Shown piece after piece: positions 9,684 to 18,646 of a stretch of DNA of 64,000 nucleotides. The translations under genes were made by a program, and so were the position numbers. The notes beneath the pieces are model-generated. The model ran no database searches. It was not told the DNA's origin and saw only the letters and a list, made by a program, of their open reading frames with translations. Position 1 is the stretch's first letter. Every line of letters starts with the position of its first letter. The stretch is from Minisyncoccota bacterium (GTDB taxonomy: Bacteria > Patescibacteriota > Minisyncoccia > Phycocordibacterales > UBA9973): positions 1,834 through 65,833 of the forward strand of contig DASYKZ010000013.1 in assembly GCA_035994985.1 (NCBI GenBank). Reading direction: 5' to 3'.

Positions 9684-10367
9684 ATGAATAAATATATAAG
9701 CATCGCAATCGTTGTGATAATAATTATTTTCGGAGTCTGGCTCTTCATGAGGGGCAATAAGGCAGAAAACGCTGTTATCAACCCCGAACCATCTCCAGAA
9801 GTTCAAACTGCCCAAACAGAGAATAAAGAAAATATTAATAATGTAGATAACACAAAAAAAATGACCAAAGAAACAACAGAGGCAACATTAAAGACAAATA
9901 TGGGCAGCATCACTTTTGAGTTTTACGCAAAAGATGCGCCAAACACCGTAGTCAATTTTGAAAAGCTGGCTAAAGAAGGCTTTTACAATGGAACCAGATT
10001 TCACAGGGTAATCAAAGGTTTTATGATTCAAAGCGGAGACCCGCAGTCTAAAGATGACTCCAAGGCAAGCCTCTGGGGTACAGGAGGTCCGGGGTATAAA
10101 TTTGCCGACGAAATAAATGCGCAGTCCGACTTATATACAAAGACGGGATACAAGAAAGGCATCGTGGCCATGGCCAATTCCGGCCCAAACACAAACGGCA
10201 GCCAGTTTTTCATCATGACCGAGGATTATCCGCTTCCTCCTCTCTATACTATTTTCGGACGCGTCACTTCCGGGCAAGATGTGGTGGACAAGATTGCCTT
10301 GGTTAAAACCGGCGCGAACGACAGGCCCGTAGACCCTGTTACCATAGAAAGCATTACCCTTAAGTAA
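9684..10367 (+). CDS. Membrane-anchored cyclophilin-type PPIase
   Basis: FHRVIKGFMIQSGDP, AMANSGPNTNGSQFFI. Confidence 0.95.
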   Translation: MNKYISIAIVVIIIIFGVWLFMRGNKAENAVINPEPSPEVQTAQTENKENINNVDNTKKMTKETTEATLKTNMGSITFEFYAKDAPNTVVNFEKLAKEGFYNGTRFHRVIKGFMIQSGDPQSKDDSKASLWGTGGPGYKFADEINAQSDLYTKTGYKKGIVAMANSGPNTNGSQFFIMTEDYPLPPLYTIFGRVTSGQDVVDKIALVKTGANDRPVDPVTIESITLK

Positions 10368-10373
10368 AAAACC

Positions 10374-10856
10374 ATGAATACAAAAATTATTCTAAGCGTT
10401 CTGACCATAATCTTTGTTATTGGTGCCTGCGCTGTGGTTATAAAATCGAGCGGTCAGAATGCCGGAGCAGTGCTTCCGAGCCCGGAAATACCGCTCATCC
10501 CAGTAGAAGCTTCTCCAGAGTTATCGGAGCCCATAAAACCCACAGAAAACCCAAGCAATAATTCTCTGCAATTCGGCCAAGCAGTAACTTTAAAAGTAGA
10601 TGAAAATATTACTTTTTCTGACGGTCTCAAGGTGACTCTGAAAAAAATAGATGATTCTAGGTGTCCTAAAGATGTACAATGCATCTGGACAGGGGAGCTT
10701 GCTGGAACTTTTAGCCTCTCCGGCGGGAAAATGGTCGGAGAAAAAGAAATCCGTATAGGAAGTCTGACCGGTAAAGGGTATAGCATAGACGGATATATGT
10801 TTTCCCTGGAGAGTGCTATGGCAGACAGCATGACTATCATTGTATCCCTCAAGTAG
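10374..10856 (+). CDS. Secreted hypothetical protein with a disulfide motif
   Basis: Signal/TM; DSRCPKDVQCIWTG. Confidence 0.7.
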   Translation: MNTKIILSVLTIIFVIGACAVVIKSSGQNAGAVLPSPEIPLIPVEASPELSEPIKPTENPSNNSLQFGQAVTLKVDENITFSDGLKVTLKKIDDSRCPKDVQCIWTGELAGTFSLSGGKMVGEKEIRIGSLTGKGYSIDGYMFSLESAMADSMTIIVSLK

Positions 10857-10863
10857 CTCATAC

Positions 10864-11499
10864 ATGCTGACATTCACAAAAAAAGAAAAAGCATTCTTAA
10901 AGAAACTAAATACGCCGGCGAAAGTGCAGGACTTTCTAAACGGACTCAAATTCAATTTTGAGAAAAACGGAGCGGATACTTTCAAGTCTCCGCTTTTTGT
11001 AATCCGAAAAAAGAACGCCCACTGCATAGAAGGAGCAGTGCTCGGCGCGTATATACTTTCACTCCATGGCTTCACTCCGTATGTGCTTCATCTGCAAACT
11101 ACCAAAGGTGACTTTGACCATGTCGTTACTCCATTCAAAGTCGGAAAATATTGGGGCGCGCTGTCCAAGACTAATCACGGAATACTGCGCTATAGAGAGC
11201 CTATATATAAAAACGTACGGGAACTCGCGATGTCGTACTTTCACGAATACTTTTTGGACAATGGGAAGAAGACTCTCCGGAAATATTCTGCTCCGCTTAA
11301 TTTAAATACAGTTAAACTTGCCCGCCATGGCGGGAACAAAAATTGGGCAAGTGCCGAAGGGGACCTATGGTATATAGACCATGCCTTGGATAAAGTAAAA
11401 CATTACGACATTGTCCCCAAAAATCATCTCAGGCATTTACGCAAGGCAGATAAAGTTGAAATAAAGGCTGGGAAAGTGGTAGAATATAAAAAAATATGA
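10864..11499 (+). CDS. Transglutaminase-like/papain-fold hypothetical protein
   Basis: AHCIEGA...DHVV...WGALSKTN; start moved to ATG 10864. Confidence 0.7.
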   Translation: MLTFTKKEKAFLKKLNTPAKVQDFLNGLKFNFEKNGADTFKSPLFVIRKKNAHCIEGAVLGAYILSLHGFTPYVLHLQTTKGDFDHVVTPFKVGKYWGALSKTNHGILRYREPIYKNVRELAMSYFHEYFLDNGKKTLRKYSAPLNLNTVKLARHGGNKNWASAEGDLWYIDHALDKVKHYDIVPKNHLRHLRKADKVEIKAGKVVEYKKI

Positions 11500-11774
11500 T
11501 ATTGGAATACTTTAAAATATTCTTCGCTATCTTGGCGGAAGAAATAGGAGACAAGAGCCAACTGGCCACTCTGGGCTTTGCTTCTCACCACGGCAAATGG
11601 ATTGCTTTTACGGCTTCAGCTGCTGCTCTCATAATCGCTTCTTTTATAGCCAGCTTCGCGGGAGACTATTTGCAAACTAAAATTAATGTAAGATATTTAT
11701 CTATCGGCTCGGGAATACTTTTCATCATAATCGGAATTTGGACAATCTCCTCGGCTTTGCGAGTCAATCATTAA
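11496..11774 (+). CDS. Half-size GDT1/TMEM165 (UPF0016) cation transporter
   Basis: Single EIGDKSQ motif and 3 TMs. Confidence 0.85.
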   Translation: MILEYFKIFFAILAEEIGDKSQLATLGFASHHGKWIAFTASAAALIIASFIASFAGDYLQTKINVRYLSIGSGILFIIIGIWTISSALRVNH

Positions 11775-11800
11775 ATTCAACTAAATATAACTAACTTTGT

Positions 11801-11826
11801 AAAACCCCTTTTAATAAAGGGTTTTT
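11801..11826 (+). terminator. Intrinsic terminator
   Basis: AAAACCCCTTT-TAAT-AAAGGGTTTTT hairpin. Confidence 0.6.
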
Positions 11827-11840
11827 GCTAAATAATAGGG

Positions 11841-11869
11841 TTGACAAAATAGGTATAATATGTTATTCT
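11841..11869 (+). promoter_or_regulatory. Sigma70 promoter
   Basis: TTGACA-N17-TATTCT with extended TG. Confidence 0.6.
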
Positions 11870-11909
11870 TCTAAAGAATTTTAGTTTCTTTGTAAATTGG
11901 AGGTAATCC

Positions 11910-12881
11910 GTGGCAAAAATTCTCGACTTTTTTGATCCCGCTGATGTGCGGGGTGGGCTTTGGAGATTGATTGTGCTTGGTCTCGTTTCAATGACGATAC
12001 TTCGCACTATCATGAATCCCTCTCCGGTTATTTTTACTATCGGAGAAGCAGGAACCGGGGACTATGTCTCCATGATTGCTATGAGTGCGTTACTTATAGC
12101 AATTGACGCGATGCTACTAGTTTTGCTGTCGTGGGGTAACCTTCGCGACTGGCGGGATGCTCTTGGTGTTGCGGCAATGGTGGGAGCTACTCATGTAGTA
12201 TTTCCATTGTTAACTTTTAGCCTCACTGCGGGAGCGGCTTTGTTCACTAGCGCCCTTAATCTTCCGACTGTGATAGCAGGTGGAGTGCAAACAGCGATTT
12301 TTTTCATCGCATTTGTATTTGTCGCAATGCATCTCCGGGAGGTTCATTCGGCGGTACGGGAAAGGGATCCAGAATTCTTTGAACCCGATGCACCGGTTGC
12401 AACTTGGGCTGGAGTTAAACAAATCTGGCCGGCGGTGTTCGCTGTTTCAGTTGATGCGCTAATGGTTGGCCCTGCAAAAGTTGCTTTTATGGCCCGCTAT
12501 TCAACACTTCAGTTTGGGTTTTCATTTCTGTTCATAGGGACTATAGTTTTTGTCTTGGTGTTCGGGAGTGGAATTATTGTTCTTGTTCTGAAAAAGTTCG
12601 TTAAGAACCATAGCTCTATCTCGGAACGAGTTCATAGCCTTGACTGGATCGGCTCTCTTGGATTGGTTGCAGTTTTTATTCACTTCAGTATCTTCGCATT
12701 TGTGTATGTCTTGTTTACTCTAGCGAAGGTGGAGTGGAAGATGGAATGGTTACTTCAAACTCAGACTATCTGGGGAAGTACGACAGTCATCTTTTCTCTG
12801 TATCTAATTTTCGGACGGATACGAGAAATTAAAGAGGCAAGTCGGCAACGTGCTGGCATGGCCGAATCCATAACGGTCTAA
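11910..12881 (+). CDS. Polytopic membrane protein, divergent MntP-like (Mn efflux)
   Basis: Two repeats carrying IAIDAM and AVSVDALMVG, resembling MntP (A/S)xDA motifs; HVVFPLL resembles the MntP QxxMPLxG segment. Confidence 0.5.
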   Translation: MAKILDFFDPADVRGGLWRLIVLGLVSMTILRTIMNPSPVIFTIGEAGTGDYVSMIAMSALLIAIDAMLLVLLSWGNLRDWRDALGVAAMVGATHVVFPLLTFSLTAGAALFTSALNLPTVIAGGVQTAIFFIAFVFVAMHLREVHSAVRERDPEFFEPDAPVATWAGVKQIWPAVFAVSVDALMVGPAKVAFMARYSTLQFGFSFLFIGTIVFVLVFGSGIIVLVLKKFVKNHSSISERVHSLDWIGSLGLVAVFIHFSIFAFVYVLFTLAKVEWKMEWLLQTQTIWGSTTVIFSLYLIFGRIREIKEASRQRAGMAESITV

Positions 12882-12905
12882 AAAAAATTTGTGGAAAAAA
12901 TTAGA

Positions 12906-12944
12906 ATAAGCTATATCTGGATGAAACCGGTATAGCTTATTTTT
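12906..12944 (+). terminator. Probable terminator
   Basis: ATAAGCTATA...TATAGCTTAT followed by a T run. Confidence 0.55.
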
Positions 12945-12987
12945 GCTTAAAATATAATGCTTGGATAAAGGGAAAAATTGATATACA

Positions 12988-13006
12988 ATATTAGTCCAAC
13001 TAATAT
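12988..13006. promoter_or_regulatory. Palindromic candidate operator over the mntH start
   Basis: ATATTAGT-CCA-ACTAATAT, overlapping the end of the -10 (TACAAT) and the ATG. Confidence 0.45.
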
Positions 13007-14345
13007 GAGACGTACGCATTTATTTGAATCTATAGGATGGGAAAGGGAACATGTCATCAACAGGAGCCTGCCTGAGGTATATAAATCCGTTCCTATTCCC
13101 AAAGATTTCTCCTTCTGGAGAAAAATGATGGCTTTTGCCGGTCCGGGGTTTCTCGTTGCTGTCGGGTATATGGACCCGGGCAATTGGGCTACAGATTTGG
13201 CCGGCGGAGCAAAATTCGGCTACACGCTTCTCTCTGTAATTTTAATATCAAACTTTTTCGCCATGCTGCTCCAGCATCTGGCGCTCAAGCTGGGGATTGT
13301 CACAGGCCGGGACTTGGCCCAGATGTGCCGGGAACAATACTCAAAAAAAACAGCGATATTTTTATGGCTCATGGCGGAGATTATGATAATGGCCTGCGAT
13401 TTGGCGGAAGTGCTCGGCTCGGCCATTGCTCTTAATCTGCTTTTCGGAATACCGATTATCGTCGGCGTTCTCATAACTGCGCTCGACGTACTTTTAATTT
13501 TACTTTTGCAGAACAAGGGATTTCGTTATATAGAAGCAGTCGTGGTCACCTTGATTGCTACTATTTTCCTAGCTTTTTTAGCGGAGATAATTTTGTCCGC
13601 CCCGGCAATCATTCCTCTCATCAAAGGCTTTATACCAACTTTTGAACTCGCTTTTAATCCACAGATGCTCTACATTGCAATCGGTATCCTGGGCGCGACA
13701 GTGATGCCCCACAATTTATATCTGCACTCGGCAATCGTCCAGACAAGGAATTATGAAGAGTCGGAAGTTGGCAAGAGAGAGGCGGTCAAGTTTGCGACCA
13801 TAGACTCTACCGCGGCATTGTTCCTGGCTTTATTTGTAAATGCCGCCATACTTATCGTATCGGCCGCTGTTTTTTACTATCAGGGTTATCACGATGTTGC
13901 CGAAATTGCCGATGCGTACAAGCTCTTGGCTCCGCTCCTTGGCACCGGGCTCGCTAGTATCCTCTTTGCAGTAGCGCTCCTTGCTTCAGGCCAAAATGCC
14001 ACGATTACCGGCACTCTGGCTGGGCAGATAATCATGGAAGGGTTTATAAACTTAAGGGTAAAACCATGGCTCCGCCGGATGATTACCAGGCTGCTCGCTA
14101 TCATTCCTGCCGTGGTTGTGATAGGTCTATATGGCAACAAAAGCGTCACCAGCCTGCTTATTTTGAGCCAGGTGATTCTTAGTATTCAGCTTTCGTTCGC
14201 CGTATTCCCGCTGGTTATGTTTACAAGCAGCAAAAAAATCATGGGAAATTTTGCCAACAGCAAATTAGTTACCATATCTTCCTGGACAATCGCCCTATGT
14301 ATAGCCAGCTTAAACGGATGGCTGATCTTCAATATTTTTACTTGA
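13005..14345 (+). CDS. mntH: Nramp-family Mn2+/Fe2+ importer
   Basis: YMDPGN and ATVMPHNLYLHS motifs, GQIIMEGF. Confidence 0.95.
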   Translation: MRRTHLFESIGWEREHVINRSLPEVYKSVPIPKDFSFWRKMMAFAGPGFLVAVGYMDPGNWATDLAGGAKFGYTLLSVILISNFFAMLLQHLALKLGIVTGRDLAQMCREQYSKKTAIFLWLMAEIMIMACDLAEVLGSAIALNLLFGIPIIVGVLITALDVLLILLLQNKGFRYIEAVVVTLIATIFLAFLAEIILSAPAIIPLIKGFIPTFELAFNPQMLYIAIGILGATVMPHNLYLHSAIVQTRNYEESEVGKREAVKFATIDSTAALFLALFVNAAILIVSAAVFYYQGYHDVAEIADAYKLLAPLLGTGLASILFAVALLASGQNATITGTLAGQIIMEGFINLRVKPWLRRMITRLLAIIPAVVVIGLYGNKSVTSLLILSQVILSIQLSFAVFPLVMFTSSKKIMGNFANSKLVTISSWTIALCIASLNGWLIFNIFT

Positions 14346-14361
14346 TACTTACTTAAAATTA

Positions 14362-15393
14362 TTATTCTTTTTTATCGTCTTTGGCAGACTGTTCGTCTTC
14401 TTTGTCTTTTTCTTTTCCGTGTCCGTGGGCATCCACTTCATATGAAGTGTTTTGCTGTTCAAAGAAGTTTACGAGTTCAAATACATCAGTCGCTGTAGAC
14501 ATCCACTTGGCAGGGTTAGTGACGTTGAAGTGCGCTTCAAGGCCGAGCTCTTCCAGCCTTCTGTCGGCTACATACTGCACATATTGGTTTACATAGTCTA
14601 CGTTGAGGCCGAGAATTCCTTTCGGGAATAGGTCCAAGTTATATGCGGCCTCCAAGTTTACTCCGTCGATAATTATTTGCCTGATTTCTTGGGCAAATTC
14701 GGAAGTAAGTAAGTCTGGATTTTCTTCAAGCACGGTATGGATGAGCTGGATGCCGAACTTCAGGTGCAAGGATTCATCCCGGAGCACCCAGTTTATCATT
14801 GAGCCTAAGTTCCGGAGCTGGTTCCTCTGGCGGAAGGAGAGCGCCACCATAAAGCCGGAGTAAAACCAGATTCCTTCCATGACAATGTTGTAGCCGACAA
14901 GGTTGCGGACAAAGTCTTTTTTTCCTTCGATTGATTCAATATCCAGAGTCTTCTCTGTCATTTTTGCCAAGTACTGGTTTACAAAAGCTTCTTTCTTGCG
15001 CATTGATTCAGTATCAATGTGCACGTCGTATACTTTTGTTCTGTCCAAAGGGAAAGTCTCAAGCACGTATTCAAAAGCCATGCAGTGGTTTGCTTCTTCA
15101 AACATCTGTTTGGCTAGGTATAGGTGGCATTCTGGAGATTTTAAGTACGGATACACTCCGAGGGCAAGCACGCGGTTTACTATAAGTTCGCCGGGATTGA
15201 AAAAGGCCATCAGGAATTCCACAGCGTGGCGCTCGTCTTCGGTCATAGTCTTCCAGTCAGCGAGGTCTTCGCCGAGAGGTATTTCGTGGGGGAACCATGT
15301 GTTTCGCACGGCTTGGTTGTAAAGGTCATAAGCCCACTTGTACTTCATGGGATGCAAAGTCATGTCTTCCGGAGAAGCTTTTCCTAAAATCAT
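14362..15393 (-). CDS. nrdB: Ribonucleotide reductase beta subunit, class Ic-like (Mn/Fe)
   Basis: FFNPGE (Glu first ligand), EEANHCMAF (Phe at radical-Tyr position), MEGIWFYSGF, RDESLH, NFFE..TSY. Confidence 0.9.
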   Translation of the reverse strand: MILGKASPEDMTLHPMKYKWAYDLYNQAVRNTWFPHEIPLGEDLADWKTMTEDERHAVEFLMAFFNPGELIVNRVLALGVYPYLKSPECHLYLAKQMFEEANHCMAFEYVLETFPLDRTKVYDVHIDTESMRKKEAFVNQYLAKMTEKTLDIESIEGKKDFVRNLVGYNIVMEGIWFYSGFMVALSFRQRNQLRNLGSMINWVLRDESLHLKFGIQLIHTVLEENPDLLTSEFAQEIRQIIIDGVNLEAAYNLDLFPKGILGLNVDYVNQYVQYVADRRLEELGLEAHFNVTNPAKWMSTATDVFELVNFFEQQNTSYEVDAHGHGKEKDKEDEQSAKDDKKE

Positions 15394-15428
15394 ATATTTT
15401 TCATTCGCTTATTTTACTTTGTTAATAA

Positions 15429-18050
15429 TTACTGACAACTGTCACACAATAAAGCATCTTGAGGGTCTTCAGGCAGATGTATCTTGAGCTTATTAAGAGA
15501 AGGCGCTGGTGTCCCCGCCATAGCGGCAACTGGTGGCGGGGTTGGAGCTTTAACTGTGCTTACAGTATCCATAACTACTTGAGATAAAACCGGGCTGACA
15601 GATTGTGCCTCTGCCAGTTCTTTTTGTTCTGTTTGCATTGGCTGCTTATCTTTTAGCACAGCGAAACCTCTCTTGCCGAGGGCTTCAGCTTTGTTGACCG
15701 AAGTAGTAGATTGTTCAGCGACGTGGCGGGGCTTCATGTGCAAGTAGTATGTGGTCTTGAGCCCCTTGTCCCATGCAGTTGTATAGATATTCATAATTTC
15801 ATTAATGTCGCGGACTTCCAGATACATATTGCGGGAGATTCCCATGTCCACCCATTTCTGCGCCCGGGCCGCTACTTCTATAAAGGCATAAGGGGATACA
15901 GAGAAAGAAGTTTTGTAGATTCTTTTTATATGGTCAGGGATTTCTTCAATATCTGCGAGGTCTCCATGATGTTCAAGGATTTTTTCCCGTGTCGTCTCCC
16001 AAAGATTTTCTGCCTGTAAAGCTTTCATCATGTTTGGGTTTACTTCCAGGTATTTTCCGGAAATTTTATTTCGGGAAAACATTTGGGTAAACCTTGGGTC
16101 GATGCCCGGGCTTGTGCCTGCCACCAGTCCGATATTTGCATTCGGAGCAATCGCGAGCAAGGTAGCGTTCCTGATTCCTTTTTTGACTTTAGAGCGGAGA
16201 GTATCCCAGTCAAGGGCAGGCAATATTCTTGCTGATTCTTTTACTACGGTAAGCTCGCGGTTCCGGTCGTGTTCCAATTTTGCGAGAGTATCCAGAGGCA
16301 CTTCTCCCTTTGACCAGCCAGAACCCTTGAAGTTCTTGTAGCTTCCGCGTTCTTCGGCCATATTTGCGGATTCGTCTATAGACATATAAGAAATAAATTC
16401 AAAGATTTGGTCTGCGAAGTCATATGCGGCGGCATCTTCATATGAATAGCCGAGCTGTTCTATAGAATCCGCGAAACCCATGAGTCCGAGTCCCACAGCC
16501 CTGTTTTCATTGTCAGCCTTAATTGCTTCAGGGATTGGGAGCTTGTTGATATCGACGAGGTTGTCGAGCTGTCGGGTGGCCAGGCGTACGGAATCTTCCA
16601 GCCTATGCCAGTCTATCTGGCCGTCTATGATATGACGGGCCATATTTATGGAAACTAGGTTGCAGACGGCTACATTTTCCCTGTCTGTCGGCAAAGTGAC
16701 TTCGGTGCAGAGGTTGGAACAGTGAATAGTGCCGGTGTTGTTGTTTAAAGCCCTTAAGTTTATGGCATCTTTCCAGGTGAGCCATGGGTGGGAAGTAGTT
16801 TCGAGAGAAATCAAGATGTTTTTGTATTGCTGGCGGGCAGGGATGACTTCATGCATCTTCATACGGCCCGCTTTAGCGAGTTCCACGTATTCATTGTATC
16901 TTTTTGAAAATTCCTTGCCCACTAATTCGTTCAAATCTTGGACTTCGTTTGGGTCAAACAAATACCAATCGTCGCCTTCAAGCACTCTTTTCATAAATTC
17001 ATCTGAAATAAATACCGCAGTATTGGCAGTTCTGGTTCTTCGGTAATCATCTCCATTGTTTTGTTTTAAGTCTAGGAAATCCTGGAAGTTCAAGTGCCAG
17101 TTTTCCATGTAGAAACAGAGGGCGCCTTTTTTCTTGCCGCCCCGCTGCACAGCCCGCACTGCAGAGTCTATTATATGGATGAAAGGCACCGGTCCGGATG
17201 AAACAGTATTGTTTGATTTTAAAACAGAGCCTTCGGCACGGAGCTTGGTGACTGAAAGCCCGATGCCGCCCGTTGCCTTGGACAGCAAGAGTACATCAGA
17301 TACGGTCTTGCCGATGTGTTCCATGTCATCATGAATTTCCATCAAGAAACAATTTGAAAGCTTTGGATTCGGAGTGCCGGCGCCGATGTTTGAACTTCCA
17401 GCAGACAAATATTCCAGCTTGGACATTTTATTGTAAAACTTTTTCGCCCACTCGTTTGGGTTTTTTTCATTCAAAGACATGCCCATAGCCACTCTCATCC
17501 AAAAATACTGGGGAGTCTCTAGCGGAGCCTGCTTCTCATTTTTCATCAGGTAGCGGTTTTGCATCGTAGAGAGCCCGGAGTATTTATATAGTTCATCGTT
17601 TTCTACTTTCAAATCTTTTGCCAAATCATCAAGGTCGAAAGTCGTAGCCATTCTCGTGTCGAGAAGGCCCCTGTCGACTGCATCCATTACGTATTCCTTG
17701 AAATGCTTGCTGTGCAGCTTTGAAAATTCCTCTTCGCTTACAGTTTTTGACTCATCATTGTCGTAATCTCCTATGACTTTTTTGTAAATTACCTTCAAAA
17801 GCAGGCGGGTAGCTATTTTGTCGAATTCTTCGCCGTATTGCGCGTTTTGCAGGGCAGCGTTTATGGTCGCTGCGTCCATTTCTTCGGTAGTGATGCCGTC
17901 ATATAGAGTGAGCTGGGTCTCTGTAGCTATCTGTATAACCTTACTAATCGGATCCTTTAGCCCATAACATGCTCTTTCAATAGATTTGTTGATGCGGTTT
18001 GCATCGAAAGGCATTTTTGTGCCGTCTCTTTTAGTAATAGTTATATTCAT
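15429..18050 (-). CDS. nrdA: Class I ribonucleotide reductase alpha subunit with ATP cone
   Basis: ITKRDG ATP cone, LSNCFL, SNLCTE, AVCNL, KTTYY, C-terminal CDSCQ. Confidence 0.95.
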   Translation of the reverse strand: MNITITKRDGTKMPFDANRINKSIERACYGLKDPISKVIQIATETQLTLYDGITTEEMDAATINAALQNAQYGEEFDKIATRLLLKVIYKKVIGDYDNDESKTVSEEEFSKLHSKHFKEYVMDAVDRGLLDTRMATTFDLDDLAKDLKVENDELYKYSGLSTMQNRYLMKNEKQAPLETPQYFWMRVAMGMSLNEKNPNEWAKKFYNKMSKLEYLSAGSSNIGAGTPNPKLSNCFLMEIHDDMEHIGKTVSDVLLLSKATGGIGLSVTKLRAEGSVLKSNNTVSSGPVPFIHIIDSAVRAVQRGGKKKGALCFYMENWHLNFQDFLDLKQNNGDDYRRTRTANTAVFISDEFMKRVLEGDDWYLFDPNEVQDLNELVGKEFSKRYNEYVELAKAGRMKMHEVIPARQQYKNILISLETTSHPWLTWKDAINLRALNNNTGTIHCSNLCTEVTLPTDRENVAVCNLVSINMARHIIDGQIDWHRLEDSVRLATRQLDNLVDINKLPIPEAIKADNENRAVGLGLMGFADSIEQLGYSYEDAAAYDFADQIFEFISYMSIDESANMAEERGSYKNFKGSGWSKGEVPLDTLAKLEHDRNRELTVVKESARILPALDWDTLRSKVKKGIRNATLLAIAPNANIGLVAGTSPGIDPRFTQMFSRNKISGKYLEVNPNMMKALQAENLWETTREKILEHHGDLADIEEIPDHIKRIYKTSFSVSPYAFIEVAARAQKWVDMGISRNMYLEVRDINEIMNIYTTAWDKGLKTTYYLHMKPRHVAEQSTTSVNKAEALGKRGFAVLKDKQPMQTEQKELAEAQSVSPVLSQVVMDTVSTVKAPTPPPVAAMAGTPAPSLNKLKIHLPEDPQDALLCDSCQ

Positions 18051-18181
18051 AGGCTATTATTATAATATTTGTACAAGGTCCCCGCAAGTTAATATCTCTA
18101 AAATCATCATCACAGAAAGCCGGTGGAACTTCGTCAATACTCGCGCTAGAAAATCCTTTAGAATTTTGCTAGAATAGCCCC

Positions 18182-18646
18182 ATGAAGGCAAAAAAAATAG
18201 AGACGAAAAGAATGAGAATAATGGCTTTTGGAACTTTTGACGGATTGCACCCCGGACACATAAATTTCCTAAAACAGGCAAAAAAACAGGCAAAAAAAAC
18301 CTTTCTTATCGTTTCAATTGCGCGCGATAAAAATGTTTTTAAGCTCAAAGGGGAGTATCCAAATAAAAACGAAGCAGAGAGGAAAATTTTATTAAAAAAT
18401 TGTCCCTTGGTAGATAAAGCAGTTCTCTCGGGCGCAAAAAATCATATTCCGCATATTTTAAAAGAGTCTCCGGACATCATCGCGCTCGGATATGACCAAA
18501 AAGCGTACGTAAAAAATTTAAAAAAAGATTTGAAAAATAAAGGCCTTACGGTAAAAATAGTCCGCTTGAAGCCGTACAAAGAGAAAATTTATAAAAATAA
18601 ATTACTTCGCATCTTGAAGCCGCAGCGCCGACAAAAATCCGAGTAA
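18182..18646 (+). CDS. Cytidylyltransferase family / archaeal-type FAD synthase (RibL-like)
   Basis: FGTFDGLHPGH, IARD, PDIIALGYDQ. Confidence 0.85.
   Translation: MKAKKIETKRMRIMAFGTFDGLHPGHINFLKQAKKQAKKTFLIVSIARDKNVFKLKGEYPNKNEAERKILLKNCPLVDKAVLSGAKNHIPHILKESPDIIALGYDQKAYVKNLKKDLKNKGLTVKIVRLKPYKEKIYKNKLLRILKPQRRQKSE

Noticed and set aside
11775-13004. yybP-ykoY Mn riboswitch upstream of the Mn transporters
   Set aside because: No AAGGGGAGUAGC-type core seen, and the leaders are too short.
18051-18181. NrdR boxes upstream of nrdA
   Set aside because: No convincing tandem match to the consensus.
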